Of a stretch of DNA of 64,000 bases, positions 9,865 to 20,149 are shown piece by piece. The notes beneath the pieces are model-generated. The model was not told where the DNA came from. It ran no database searches and was given only the letters and a program-made list of their open reading frames with translations. The DNA is from an archaeon (lineage in GTDB: Archaea > Undinarchaeota > Undinarchaeia > Undinarchaeales > JBDRKL01), in contig JBDRKL010000004.1 in assembly GCA_043814055.1 (NCBI GenBank), forward strand, positions 86,246-150,245, given 5' to 3'. Within the stretch, counting starts at the first letter, position 1; the number at the start of each line of letters is the position of its first letter. The position numbers were made by a program, and so were the translations under genes.

Positions 9865-11053
9865 TATGTGTATAGCCTGCAAAGGCGCAAGAGCCCTATG
9901 CGGCAACGAACGCTGTCCCCTACTCGCAAGAGTAAATGTCACGCCAAAGCTCACAGGCAGAATTGGAACCGACTTCTTCGGCCCGTCCCCCAGCGTTTTC
10001 GTGGGCAGAATAGGCTACCCAAATCTCTATATGGGTCCGCTCGCGACTTTTCAGGAAGAAGAAAACCCTGAGCTTATGGACACGCCGAGCTCCTGGATGA
10101 ATATGAGCTATGACAAGATTGTTGAAATGCGCTCAATGCTCATCCGCTCCAAGTCAGTGCAGAACATTTTCTCAAAATCAAGATTCATTGAAGAGAACCA
10201 GGAGCTTGCGCTCGCTGAGCGGCCGACTGATGTTGAGCTGAACTTCTCCCGCGAGCCAACCTACAAGGTCTCTTTCTCTGACGTGCATCAGCCAATGGGC
10301 CCGTCAGCTCCGCTAGAAAAAATGAAAATCACCGAGAACGTGAAGATAAACCGCAAAGTAGACCGCATAGTTTCAGACGACTTGAAAGCGAACGAGTCAG
10401 TGCTCAACCTCTACGACATTGATGTTGACGTTTACAAAATCACCACAATCCTCAGCTCAGGCGCGCTCGGCCTGGAGCAAAACCAGAAGCTCGTTCCTAC
10501 AAGATGGAGCATAACCGCTACGGACGATATGGTCGCAAAGAATCTCATTGAGCAGGTCAAGGACTTCAAGAGCGTGAGTGAGTTCAACGTGTTTGAGTTT
10601 GAATACCTCAGCAACCACTTCTGCATACTCGCAATGCCTGGCAACTGGGAGTTTGAGAACTTTGAGGCCTGGGCGCCGGGCTCGTTCTGGAGCCAGGGTT
10701 TGAAGAATACTGCGATTACTGAAGAATACGAATCCTTTGAAGGCCGCAAGAAATACGCAACAGAGCAGGGTGGCGGCTACTACGCTGCGCGCCTAGGGGT
10801 TGTGGAAGGGCTCAGCGAGCTCAAGCGGCAGGCAAGAATTGTTTCGTTCAGGGAAATTTATGAAGGCTACACAGTTCCTCTTGGCGTTTGGGTAGTTAGA
10901 GAAGCTGCTCGGAACGCTATGCGCCAGCTGCCTGTGAAATTCACAACCCTAAAAGAAGCGCTTGCGCACATCAACTCAAGAATGCGAATTGACACGAGTG
11001 ATTATTTCTCAAAGAGCAGGATTCTGAGGCAGAAGCGGCTTACTGAGTATTAA
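9851..11053 (+). CDS. nreA: DNA repair protein Nre (DUF650/651)
   Basis: CIACKGARALCG...CP, SVFVGRIGYP, KLVPTRWSITATDD, C-terminal PIP box QKRLTEY. Confidence 0.92.
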   Translation: MKAPNMCIACKGARALCGNERCPLLARVNVTPKLTGRIGTDFFGPSPSVFVGRIGYPNLYMGPLATFQEEENPELMDTPSSWMNMSYDKIVEMRSMLIRSKSVQNIFSKSRFIEENQELALAERPTDVELNFSREPTYKVSFSDVHQPMGPSAPLEKMKITENVKINRKVDRIVSDDLKANESVLNLYDIDVDVYKITTILSSGALGLEQNQKLVPTRWSITATDDMVAKNLIEQVKDFKSVSEFNVFEFEYLSNHFCILAMPGNWEFENFEAWAPGSFWSQGLKNTAITEEYESFEGRKKYATEQGGGYYAARLGVVEGLSELKRQARIVSFREIYEGYTVPLGVWVVREAARNAMRQLPVKFTTLKEALAHINSRMRIDTSDYFSKSRILRQKRLTEY

Positions 11054-11409
11054 ACAAAAGGCCAAACACTGTATGAGTACATCCCAGCAATAACTATAAT
11101 CGCAGCCGCGACTATGTAATTTCCTAAAAAGTATATCACGTACGCAAGCCAGTCTGGCTTCATATTCTTCTTCAGTCTGTGCAGCTCGTACTCCTCCATC
11201 GCTGAGACCATTATGAACGCGCCGTAGGCGAGCAGGAAGAATCCAATCACGTTCGTGTAATAAAGCAGCGTACCCCCTGCAAATAGGACCATAATGCCGT
11301 TCGCTATCGCGCCCTTGTAAGTGAACTTTTCCCGCGTAGCCCAGCCGATTAGCAGAATCATTATTGCCTGGGCCATTGTTGCAACAATTGACGGCTCTAC
11401 ATACACCAT
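11050..11409 (-). CDS. Hypothetical membrane protein (about 4 TM)
   Basis: Hydrophobic 119-aa ORF. Confidence 0.65.
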   Translation of the reverse strand: MVYVEPSIVATMAQAIMILLIGWATREKFTYKGAIANGIMVLFAGGTLLYYTNVIGFFLLAYGAFIMVSAMEEYELHRLKKNMKPDWLAYVIYFLGNYIVAAAIIVIAGMYSYSVWPFV

Positions 11410-11440
11410 AAAAAAGCATATGGGAACGTCCTTTATATAA

Positions 11441-12625
11441 TTATTTTGAGCAGTGAATGCTGATTACGTCCCCGCTCTTCAGTTCATAGTCAGCCCCGAC
11501 CTTCTTCTTTGTCCGCGCGTCAATTCCGCAAACGAAATTCTTGCCAATATCCGTGTGAATCTTGTAAGCGAACTCGCGAGCAGTTGTGCCTTTCGGAATC
11601 AAATGCGCATCCGGAAGCACGCAGCCTTTCTTGTCCTCATACTTGTTCTCGTCCTCAACAGGGTAAACCACAATCAGGTTGAGCATTTCAAAAACCGCCT
11701 TGTCAATTGCTTTCTGAACTCCTGTGCCATTAAACTTCTTCAAGACCTTTTCCTTGATAAACTCAAGCGCTTTCTTCTGCGCTTCCTCAACATCCCCTAT
11801 TATTTCAAAATCATCACTGCCTGGGTCATATTTTAAAATTCCTTTCTCAGCAGCGCGTCTTAGCGCGAGCTCGGAATCAGCTGAGGTTGGAATCGCGCCC
11901 TCCAGGTTCGGCAGGAATTTCTCAGCCTCTGGAATGTCGCACTTGTTCGCGCAAATGAGAATCTGCTTTGAAAACTCTCTCAGTTTTGTTGCAAACCTTT
12001 TCAAATCATCATCATTCCAGTCAGATGGCTTTTCAATATCCAAACCAAGCTCTCTCACAGCAGAACCAATATAATGCTCCTTAACTTTCAATCCACTAAA
12101 TCTTTCAACAAGAGCTTTCATCACCTCGCCTTTCTCCATCTGCAGTTTCCGCGCGAAAGCTTCCCAGTCCTTCTTGATTAGCGCAAGGAACCACAAATCT
12201 AATTCGTTTTCAAGGAACGTGATGTCCTCCTCGGGGTTATGCTCTCCTGGACTGCACGGCTTGCCCTCAGAATCTGTTGAGCCAGATGCGTCAATCACGT
12301 GAATCAGCGCATCTGCTTGCCTCAAATCATCCAAGAATTTATTCCCAAGCCCTTTGCCCTCGTGCGCCCCTGGGACTAATCCGGCAACGTCAAGCATCTC
12401 AATCGGGATGTAACGTGTTCCATCCCTGCATTCAGAGTTGTTCGGGTTGCACTCAACGCCGAATTCCTTGCACGGGCATGGCGCCCTGACGTAAGCTATG
12501 CCGCGGTTAGGCTCAATGGTTGTAAAAGGGTAATTCGCAATCTCTGCAGTGGCAAGTGTCGCGGCGTTCAGGAAAGTGCTTTTGCCGCAGTTCGGTTTTC
12601 CGACTATGCCTAATAGTTTTGCCAT
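11441..12625 (-). CDS. ychF: Obg-family translation-associated NTPase YchF (archaeal type, TGS domain)
   Basis: GKPNCGKST, NYPFTTI, DVAGLV, GLGNKFLDDL, NKCD, C-terminal TGS. Confidence 0.93.
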   Translation of the reverse strand: MAKLLGIVGKPNCGKSTFLNAATLATAEIANYPFTTIEPNRGIAYVRAPCPCKEFGVECNPNNSECRDGTRYIPIEMLDVAGLVPGAHEGKGLGNKFLDDLRQADALIHVIDASGSTDSEGKPCSPGEHNPEEDITFLENELDLWFLALIKKDWEAFARKLQMEKGEVMKALVERFSGLKVKEHYIGSAVRELGLDIEKPSDWNDDDLKRFATKLREFSKQILICANKCDIPEAEKFLPNLEGAIPTSADSELALRRAAEKGILKYDPGSDDFEIIGDVEEAQKKALEFIKEKVLKKFNGTGVQKAIDKAVFEMLNLIVVYPVEDENKYEDKKGCVLPDAHLIPKGTTAREFAYKIHTDIGKNFVCGIDARTKKKVGADYELKSGDVISIHCSK

Positions 12626-12671
12626 CTCACCACAACCTATTTATGCAAATTCCCTATATTATACCTTTGCA

Positions 12672-13175
12672 ATGAAATCACCTATATGCGGGCTCTGCGC
12701 GAGTATGGAATCGCTGTGCAGCTCCTGCCAGGGGAAGGTGGACTCCGGTGAGGCAACGCTGGCTGATGTTGAGCTAGCGCGCGCTTTGACCCAGCTCGCC
12801 CACAACATTCCGCCTCTGGACAAGGCCGAGTTCAAGCGCGCTGTTTCTGTTGACAATGTTATGCTCGTTACTGTGCCGAAGGGCACTGCAGGCCAGATGA
12901 TTGGCCGTGGCGGAACTTTCGTGAAGGAAATTTCAAGCAGGCTCGGCAAGCAGGTCAAGGTGCTTGAGGAGACCAATGACCACCGCGAAATAATGCAGAA
13001 AGTCCTGTTCCCGGCGCGCTGCCTTGGCGTGAACGTGGTATATGGAGCGCGCGGCAAGGACGGGTTCAAGATCCGGGTTGCAAAGACTGACCGCGTAAAA
13101 GTGGACAACCCAGAGTCGTATGAGAAGCTCTTCAGCCAAGTGCTGGGAAAAGAGACTAAGATTAGTTTTGAATAG
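12672..13175 (+). CDS. NusA-like KH-domain protein with N-terminal Zn finger
   Basis: MKSPICGLC...LCSSC; KH loop IGRGG. Confidence 0.8.
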   Translation: MKSPICGLCASMESLCSSCQGKVDSGEATLADVELARALTQLAHNIPPLDKAEFKRAVSVDNVMLVTVPKGTAGQMIGRGGTFVKEISSRLGKQVKVLEETNDHREIMQKVLFPARCLGVNVVYGARGKDGFKIRVAKTDRVKVDNPESYEKLFSQVLGKETKISFE

Positions 13176-13206
13176 GTTTATTTATGTTGAAGGTTAAGTA
13201 ATTCTT

Positions 13207-14943
13207 ATGAGACTCGCAATAGTAGATAATGATCAGTGCAACCCTGAAACCTGCGGAGGCTTTCTCTGCGCCAGGGTATGCCCTGTGAACCGCGCCAAGA
13301 AGGCGTGCATTACTCAAAATTCTGAAATAAACCGGCCGCAGATAAATGAGGACTTGTGCATCGGCTGCGGAATCTGCGTGAACAAGTGCCCGGTTGATGC
13401 AATCACAATCATAAACCTCGCAGAGGAGCTCAAGGACGATTTGCTCCACAGATACGGCGAGAACGGATTCGCGCTCTACCGCGGGCCAATCCCAATCAAG
13501 AACCAGGTTGTCGGTTTACTTGGTCAGAACGGAACTGGAAAAACCACTGCGCTCCAGATTCTCTCAGGCGACCTGAAGCCGAACCTCGGCGCAGAAACTG
13601 AAGCGACCAAGGAGCAGCTCAAGGAATTCTTCAAGGGCTCGGAGATGCAGGACTACTTTGAGAACATTGAGCAGAAAAAGATGTCCTACAAGCCGCAGTA
13701 CGTTGACCGGATTCCAAAAATGTTCAAGGGCAAAGTCAAGGACTTGCTAAAAAAATCCGACGAGCGCAAAATCTATGACAAAATGGTCAAGGAGCTCGGC
13801 ATGGAAGCGTTCTTGGAAAATGATATCACTGAAATCTCCGGCGGAGAGCTGCAAAAAACTGCGATTGCCGCAGCGATTATGAAAAACGCTGACATTTACT
13901 TCTTTGACGAGCCTTCCTCATACTTGGACGTCAAGGAGAGGCTTAAAATCGCGCGCGCGATTCAGGAATTGGCAAAGGAAAAACTCGTGATGGTTGTGGA
14001 GCACGACCTTGTTGTGCTTGACTACCTCACGGACCTGGTGCACGTATTCTACGGCAAGCCAGCAGCGTACGGAATAGTGAGCTTCCCCAAGGCAGCGCGG
14101 AACGGAATCAACGCATATTTAGAAGGGTTCCTCAAGGAAGAGAACGTTCGCTTCAGGGAAACTCCAATCAAGTTCATTGTGAAGGGCGCGGAGAAAGGAA
14201 AGAAACTTAATCCAATTGTAAATTTTGAAGGGCTCAGCAAGAAGTTTGACAATTTTGAACTCACTGTTGAGAAAGGAGAAATCCACGAAAAGGAAATTGT
14301 CGGAGTTCTTGGCCCGAATGCAACAGGCAAAACAACTTTCATGAAGATGCTCGCAGGGGAATTGAAGTCAGACTCTGGCAATTTGAGCAAGGAAATCAAA
14401 ATCTCATACAAACCGCAATACATCAAGCCAGAAGATGACTTGTTTGTGCGAGTTGCACTTGCAAAAACACCCCAGAAGCTCATCGCAGACCTCAGCCTTG
14501 AAAAGCTACTTGAGAAAAAGCTCGGCCAGCTCTCAGGCGGGGAACTGCAGAGAGTAGCAATCGCGCGGTGCCTGAGCCAGGAAGCAGACCTTTACCTGCT
14601 TGACGAGCCCTCGGCGCACTTGGACGTTGAGCAGCGCGTGAACGTTGCAGACATCTTGAAGCGGGATATTTCAACCCGCGAGAAGAGCGCAATAGTAATT
14701 GACCACGACATAATGTTCCTTGATTACTTGAGCGACAGGCTCATGACATTCCTTGGCGAACCAGGTAAAAAGGGCGAAGGCAAAGGACCTTACGCAATGG
14801 AAGAAGGAATGAACCTGTTCTTGAAGGACTTGGACATCACGTTCCGCAGGGACCCGGACACAGGCAGACCGAGGTCAAATAAACCTGACTCAGTAAAAGA
14901 CAGGGAGCAGAAGAAGAGTGGGAATTGGTATTATGTTAAATAA
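13207..14943 (+). CDS. rli1: Ribosome recycling factor ABCE1/Rli1
   Basis: N-terminal FeS motif CIGCGICVNKCP, two ABC domains, FRRDPDTGRPR tail. Confidence 0.97.
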   Translation: MRLAIVDNDQCNPETCGGFLCARVCPVNRAKKACITQNSEINRPQINEDLCIGCGICVNKCPVDAITIINLAEELKDDLLHRYGENGFALYRGPIPIKNQVVGLLGQNGTGKTTALQILSGDLKPNLGAETEATKEQLKEFFKGSEMQDYFENIEQKKMSYKPQYVDRIPKMFKGKVKDLLKKSDERKIYDKMVKELGMEAFLENDITEISGGELQKTAIAAAIMKNADIYFFDEPSSYLDVKERLKIARAIQELAKEKLVMVVEHDLVVLDYLTDLVHVFYGKPAAYGIVSFPKAARNGINAYLEGFLKEENVRFRETPIKFIVKGAEKGKKLNPIVNFEGLSKKFDNFELTVEKGEIHEKEIVGVLGPNATGKTTFMKMLAGELKSDSGNLSKEIKISYKPQYIKPEDDLFVRVALAKTPQKLIADLSLEKLLEKKLGQLSGGELQRVAIARCLSQEADLYLLDEPSAHLDVEQRVNVADILKRDISTREKSAIVIDHDIMFLDYLSDRLMTFLGEPGKKGEGKGPYAMEEGMNLFLKDLDITFRRDPDTGRPRSNKPDSVKDREQKKSGNWYYVK

Positions 14944-16090
14944 TCACATGCTTATACACAAACAACCCGCTCAAAATCTTCGGCGCAAAAAAAGTTGACT
15001 TCTCTGGCATTACAATGTTTGAATCTTCCAAGCCTGCGTTTGCAACTTCCATTAATTCTTCAATTGAAACTGGGTGCAGCGCAATCGCAGCATCATACTT
15101 GCCCCCGTCAACAACTTTCTTCATTGTGTCAAGCTCGGACTCTGCGTAGTAGTCAAAGTGCGCGTGGTCCATAATCATGTCGTGCGTCAGCTCAAACACT
15201 GGGTAAACTTCCCTTTCAAGAATGCTTGAGTCAAATTTGCCAACAACATCGTCAGGGACTTCCTTTGCATTCAGCAAATAGGACTTGCCACCTGAGTAGA
15301 TGCAGAACTGGTGCTTCTCCGGGGTCTTGAACTCGTTAGTCTCTTCGAGCTCAAACCTGTCGCTTACTTCGTCAAACTTTTTCACTCCAGTTACCACGCG
15401 GTTGTACGCCTGAATCTTGGCCTCTTCAACAATGTACGCCAAAAAGTGCGTCTGGTTATTCTTCAGCGAAGTGTGATATCTGTGGTGCCCGTCCGCGATA
15501 TAGAGGTTGTTCTTGCCGATGAGCTCCTTGAGCTTTTTGCCTTCTGCGCTGTTCTCCTTGACGCGGAAAACTCTGTTCTTTATCCCGTTCAGCTCGCTCT
15601 GCCCGCCAAAGTCAGATGTGAACTCATACTCTGGCTCGTATTTTGACTTAATCTCCTCAAGCACTGAGCTGATTGGGGACTTGGTCAGCAAAAACACAGG
15701 GCCGAATGAGTAGCCAGTGGTTCGCCTAAGCTTCAGCCTGCCTTGGACTTTCTCGTCAAAAGTTTTCTCGTGCCGGATAATCTCGCCTTTTGAGTAATCG
15801 CTAACAGCCGCGGCAACGAACACGCCGGTTCGCGTCTCGTTCCCATAGCGCTGCTCGTAAACATAAAAACACGGCTCGTTATCCTCAATGAGCGCCCCGC
15901 GCTCAATAAGCTCCTCAAGCGCGCCAACAGGGTGGGAGCCGAGCGTGATGTGAAATAATGAATTCTCTCTCTGCTGCAAAAATTTCTCCAGCTCTGTGCC
16001 TGGCTTTATTACGTCATATGGCGGGGCAGTGACCTCGCCGACTTTTTCCTTTGAAGGCCTAAGGCCTGTAAGTCCAATTATCTCTACCAT
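14936..16090 (-). CDS. DUF1015 family protein
   Basis: APPYDVI, RHEKT, IADGHHRY, MPEKSTFFAPK. Confidence 0.88.
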   Translation of the reverse strand: MVEIIGLTGLRPSKEKVGEVTAPPYDVIKPGTELEKFLQQRENSLFHITLGSHPVGALEELIERGALIEDNEPCFYVYEQRYGNETRTGVFVAAAVSDYSKGEIIRHEKTFDEKVQGRLKLRRTTGYSFGPVFLLTKSPISSVLEEIKSKYEPEYEFTSDFGGQSELNGIKNRVFRVKENSAEGKKLKELIGKNNLYIADGHHRYHTSLKNNQTHFLAYIVEEAKIQAYNRVVTGVKKFDEVSDRFELEETNEFKTPEKHQFCIYSGGKSYLLNAKEVPDDVVGKFDSSILEREVYPVFELTHDMIMDHAHFDYYAESELDTMKKVVDGGKYDAAIALHPVSIEELMEVANAGLEDSNIVMPEKSTFFAPKILSGLFVYKHVII

Positions 16091-16141
16091 TTCTCAATGC
16101 ACCTCGTGGCGCTCTATCCGTTCAAGTGGTTTAAATATATT

Positions 16142-16501
16142 TCACTTCCCAACAGTCATAACCAGTTCTTCTTGCTCAGCAATTATCTTGTTCATGTTGT
16201 CGTTTGACAGCTTTTGGTCGAGCTTGATAAGCAGTTGAGCGTATGGATTCCTCTCGTTTAGCTTGTACATTTTCGCTCTTCCCACGCAACGGGTGTGCTT
16301 TATGAGCCCGACTTCTATGAGCCGCGGGATGACCTCGTGTAGCGTGGTCCAGCCAACTTCTGCGCCTTCCTCTATGTCCGAGAGCGAGTAGTCCAATCCC
16401 CTGCCGAGTATTAAAAGGTCAATAACCCGTATGGTTGGCGAATTCCCAAGCGCCTTTGTTAAAAAAGTTTCTTCATATGTCATATTTGTTTCCATACACA
16501 A
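16142..16501 (-). CDS. Winged-helix DNA-binding protein
   Basis: GNSPTIRVIDLL...DYSLSDIEEGAEVGWTTL...GRAKMYKLN. Confidence 0.75.
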   Translation of the reverse strand: MCMETNMTYEETFLTKALGNSPTIRVIDLLILGRGLDYSLSDIEEGAEVGWTTLHEVIPRLIEVGLIKHTRCVGRAKMYKLNERNPYAQLLIKLDQKLSNDNMNKIIAEQEELVMTVGK

Positions 16502-16544
16502 CCTCCTATTTAAATGTTTGTTTTTAGAGCTTTATTATTCTTTT

Positions 16545-16820
16545 TTAGAGTATTAGTTTACTGTCAATTTCCTCTTTAATTTCCTTAATGAAACGCGGAT
16601 TCAATGAAACGTGGTCGTCTTCAACTGTTTTCTTTAGCATAATTTTTCTCTCCTTAACTAGGTCTGCTATGGCTCTTTTAGTCTCTTTTGATCCTCGGTT
16701 CTCCCGCGGAATCTTCTTTAGCATGTTCACGACACTTGTATGAGCCCCGCCCCACTTGCCTCTACGGTCCAAAGTTTCCAGCACGATTCGTCTCATCAAG
16801 CAATACTTTTCATAGTCCAT
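16545..16820 (-). CDS. Small basic hypothetical protein
   Basis: 91-aa ORF co-oriented upstream of the wHTH gene; GKWGGAHT...VSLNPR. Confidence 0.65.
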   Translation of the reverse strand: MDYEKYCLMRRIVLETLDRRGKWGGAHTSVVNMLKKIPRENRGSKETKRAIADLVKERKIMLKKTVEDDHVSLNPRFIKEIKEEIDSKLIL

Positions 16821-16880
16821 ATCGCCCAGAGCTTCAGATGAATATATAACCTTTTTTTAACTCTACTAGGTTTGTTGAGC

Positions 16881-17852
16881 ATGAACATCCTCGGAATTGA
16901 GTCCACAGCGCACACCTTGGGAATCGGTGTCTGCACAGATGAAGGTGAAATAATCTCAAGCGAGAAGATTACATACATTCCGGAGTCTGGCGGCATAGTG
17001 CCGCGCGAAGCAGCTGAATACCAGGCAGACCATTTTAAAGAAGTTCTTGACAAGGCAACTGAGAAAGGTGGATTGGATGAAATCGACGCGTTTGCATTCG
17101 CGCAGGGACCTGGTCTCGGACCGTGCCTCAGAATCGGAGCCACAGCCGCCCGCTACTTATCTGAAGTTTACAAAAAACCGCTCATCGGTGTTAACCACTG
17201 CGTTGCACATATCGAAATCGGCAAGCTCGCAACAGGAACAAAAGACCCGGTTGTGCTTTATGTCTCAGGCGGGAACACGCAGGTCATCGCATACTCCGGC
17301 GGCAGGTACAGAGTCTTTGGGGAAACCTTGGACGTTGCAGTAGGAAACTGCCTTGACCAATTCAGCAGAGAATTAGGTTTACAGCACCCAGGCGGGCCAA
17401 AGATAGAAGCGCTCGCGCTTGAGGGAAAAAATTACATTGAGCTCCCCTACGTTGTGAAAGGAATGGACTTGTCATTCTCAGGAATACTAACTTCGGTCAA
17501 GAACAAAGTGAAAGACCACAGCAAGGAAGATTTGTGCTACTCGTTCCAGGAAACCGCGTTCGCAATGCTCACCGAAGTCACTGAGCGCGCAATGGCGCAC
17601 ACAGAGAAGCAAGAATTGCTCGTAACAGGCGGGGTCGCGGCTAACCAAAGACTCGCGGGAATGCTCGGCACAATGTGCAAAGAGCGCGGCGCAGAGTTCC
17701 ACGTGGTTCCAATGGAGCACGCCGGCGACAACGGTCTGATGATTGCGTGGACAGGAGCAGTTATGCTCAAAGCCGGGCTAACAACTGAGCTTAAGGATTC
17801 AAAAATAAATCAAAGGTTCCGCACAGATCAGGTTGATGTTACTTGGATGTGA
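16881..17852 (+). CDS. kae1: KEOPS t6A synthase Kae1
   Basis: GIESTAHT, GPGLGPCL, VNHCVAHIEIG, LYVSGGNTQ, DNGLMIAW. Confidence 0.97.
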   Translation: MNILGIESTAHTLGIGVCTDEGEIISSEKITYIPESGGIVPREAAEYQADHFKEVLDKATEKGGLDEIDAFAFAQGPGLGPCLRIGATAARYLSEVYKKPLIGVNHCVAHIEIGKLATGTKDPVVLYVSGGNTQVIAYSGGRYRVFGETLDVAVGNCLDQFSRELGLQHPGGPKIEALALEGKNYIELPYVVKGMDLSFSGILTSVKNKVKDHSKEDLCYSFQETAFAMLTEVTERAMAHTEKQELLVTGGVAANQRLAGMLGTMCKERGAEFHVVPMEHAGDNGLMIAWTGAVMLKAGLTTELKDSKINQRFRTDQVDVTWM

Positions 17853-17855
17853 TTC

Positions 17856-18311
17856 TTATTTTATCTTGCCACTCTTAAGCAATTTCTCTATTTCCTTTTT
17901 CACTTTGTCAGGCTGTTTCTTATATACCGCACTGCAGACAGTCAGCTCAGACAATCTGCACTCTACTGCAGTTGCTTGTATTGCCGCTAAGACATCTCCT
18001 TTGTTGTGCTCCTCAAACGCAGTAAGTATCTTGGAGTTAAATCTTTTTTTTGGCTGCGGGTTCCGTGTTGAGGGGCGCGTATTATTCTTTTTTATAGGGC
18101 TATCTGGAATTTCGCCTGACTTTATCCTTGAACTAATGCATGCAAGTTCTCTGCGCTCGTCCTTAGTAAGCATTGAGCGCACAGCTTTGCAAACATTAAG
18201 GGCGCTGACTCCACACTCTTTTGAAGTATTGATAATCGCAGTTTCCAGAGTATTAGTTGCCATCTGCTGCTTGTACTCTTCACGTACTAATACTGGCCAC
18301 GTTATTCTCAT
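17856..18311 (-). CDS. Hypothetical protein
   Basis: 151-aa ORF in an operon with dCMP deaminase; internal repeat ECGVSALNVCKAV / ECRLSELTVCSAV. Confidence 0.6.
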   Translation of the reverse strand: MRITWPVLVREEYKQQMATNTLETAIINTSKECGVSALNVCKAVRSMLTKDERRELACISSRIKSGEIPDSPIKKNNTRPSTRNPQPKKRFNSKILTAFEEHNKGDVLAAIQATAVECRLSELTVCSAVYKKQPDKVKKEIEKLLKSGKIK

Positions 18312-18317
18312 ATTATG

Positions 18318-18845
18318 TCACTTCTCAACCTTCTGCAACTCAACACCGCAGTCCTTCATAATCTTCTCAGCCATCAAATCCGGATAGCCGTTCTCATAAA
18401 TTAGCTTTTTAATTCCGGCATTAACTATCATCTTCGCGCAAACTGAGCACGGAGTGTTCGTGCAATACATTGTCGCGCCTTTGATTGAAACTCCAAACAC
18501 CGCTGACTGAATAATTGCGTTCTGCTCAGCGTGCAAGCCAGTGCAGAGCTCGTGCCGCTCTCCGCTCGGAACTTTCAAATCGTCGCGCAGGCATCCGATT
18601 TCGTCGCAGTGCTTCATCCCTTTTGGATTACCATTGTAGCCAGTTGTGAGGATGTGTTTGTCTTTCACAATCACTGCGCCGACCATCCTGCGCGGGCAGG
18701 TTGAGCGCTCTTTCACAAGGTGAGCCATCTTCATAAAATATTCATTGCTTGACGGTCTCCCCTTAGTTTTACCACCCTCGGTCTCAGCCCAGCTGCCTTT
18801 GGACATGAATTCTTCTAGTTTTTCCTTGTAGTTTACTTCAGCCAT
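18318..18845 (-). CDS. dCMP deaminase (ComEB family)
   Basis: [29 protein letters not shown]. Confidence 0.92.
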   Translation of the reverse strand: MAEVNYKEKLEEFMSKGSWAETEGGKTKGRPSSNEYFMKMAHLVKERSTCPRRMVGAVIVKDKHILTTGYNGNPKGMKHCDEIGCLRDDLKVPSGERHELCTGLHAEQNAIIQSAVFGVSIKGATMYCTNTPCSVCAKMIVNAGIKKLIYENGYPDLMAEKIMKDCGVELQKVEK

Positions 18846-18962
18846 TTCAAACTCCCCAATCGCACAGTGTTTGAAATAGACACAAAGCTTATTTTACGTA
18901 TAAACTTTGTGTCGTATGTCTCCCGAAGCAAATAAAAGGTTAGGAGTTTATTAAAGTTTGCT

Positions 18963-18998
18963 ATGAACAAATTCCTCAAGCTCGGCGCAGAGGCAAAG
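18963..18998 (+). repeat. Duplicated 5' end of bud32 (MNKFLKLGAEAK)
   Basis: AAATTCCTCAAGCTCGGCGCAGAGGCAAA vs 19562 AAATTCCTAAAGCTCGGCGCAGAAGCGAA (3 synonymous differences). Confidence 0.8.
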
Positions 18999-18999
18999 A

Positions 19000-19563
19000 A
19001 TGATTAGGTCATCTATTATAGCGGAAAAGATTTGGGAATATCTTAGGGATAACTTGGGTAAACTCAAAGACAAGTACACAAAGCCCAATGACAGAGTAGA
19101 ACTGGTAAGAGGGATAGTGAAAGAAATCGGCACAAATGCTCGCACAGTAAACCCCTTCTTCAGTTACCTCCTTCAGGCTCCGCAAAAAGGTTGGAAAGTA
19201 AAATGGGGTTCCTTCTTCAAGAGAATGCATGAAGAGGATGTATTTTTCTTCTTGCAGTTGTCCCTTTTCATTTACAAGATTACTAGAGGGGGGGCGAGAA
19301 AATCAGGTGTGGTTTCTGCAATAGGCCTTGGGTATACGTTCAAAGCAACAGGCAGGGAACTTGACGACGTGTACAAAACCGGTGCCACAGGGTTTATCTA
19401 CAGTTACATACGAAAAAATGGCAGCATAACTGTTCCGGATGACTGCACAAAAGTGCAGGCCTACCTGAAGGATCAGTACCAAAAGCACGATATAACAACA
19501 GTGCTTTCAACAATTACAACACTACTGCTCTGTGGGAGTATAGAGGTGCAGGGTGCAAAGTAA
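19000..19563 (+). CDS. Hypothetical protein between the duplicated bud32 starts
   Basis: 187-aa ORF; no recognised motif. Confidence 0.65.
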   Translation: MIRSSIIAEKIWEYLRDNLGKLKDKYTKPNDRVELVRGIVKEIGTNARTVNPFFSYLLQAPQKGWKVKWGSFFKRMHEEDVFFFLQLSLFIYKITRGGARKSGVVSAIGLGYTFKATGRELDDVYKTGATGFIYSYIRKNGSITVPDDCTKVQAYLKDQYQKHDITTVLSTITTLLLCGSIEVQGAK

Positions 19564-20149
19564 ATTCCTAAAGCTCGGCGCAGAAGCGAAACTCACCCGA
19601 AAAGGCGACAAGCTCACAAAGGAGCGCATCAAGAAAGGGTACCGCCTGAAAGAAATAGACGAGCCGCTCAGAAAACAAAGAACCGCGCGGGAAGCGAGCC
19701 TGATGGACAGGGCAAGGCGAGCCGGAGTTCTAGTCCCAAAGATTTACAAAGTTGACAAGGAAAAAATGAGCATTGAAATGGATTTCCTTGAAGCGAAGCG
19801 AATTGACCAGGTTCTGACTGAAGAGCTCTGCGCGCAAACAGGAGCTGAAATCGCAAAGCTGCACGATGCTGACATAATCCACGGCGACTTGACAACTTCA
19901 AACATCCTTGTGAAAGAAGACGGCATTTACTTCATAGACTTCGGGCTCGGCGAAGTTTCAAAAAGCATTGAGAAGAAAGGCGTTGACCTGCGCGTGTTTA
20001 AGGAAGCAATCCGCGCGACAAAAGGCGAGGAAGCTGACAAGTACATAGACGCGGCGATGAAAGCGTATGTGGAAAATTCAGAATCCGGCGCAGAAGTTTT
20101 AAAGCGCTTGGAAAAAATCGAGACAAGAGGCAGGTATAAAGAGCGTTAA
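19553..20149 (+). CDS. bud32: KEOPS kinase/ATPase Bud32
   Basis: GAEA, KERIKKGYR, IIHGDLTTSN, IDFGL, RGRY. Confidence 0.95.
   Translation: MQSKFLKLGAEAKLTRKGDKLTKERIKKGYRLKEIDEPLRKQRTAREASLMDRARRAGVLVPKIYKVDKEKMSIEMDFLEAKRIDQVLTEELCAQTGAEIAKLHDADIIHGDLTTSNILVKEDGIYFIDFGLGEVSKSIEKKGVDLRVFKEAIRATKGEEADKYIDAAMKAYVENSESGAEVLKRLEKIETRGRYKER

Noticed and set aside
16881-20149. Separate kae1 and bud32 as a novelty
   Set aside because: Unfused genes are common in archaea
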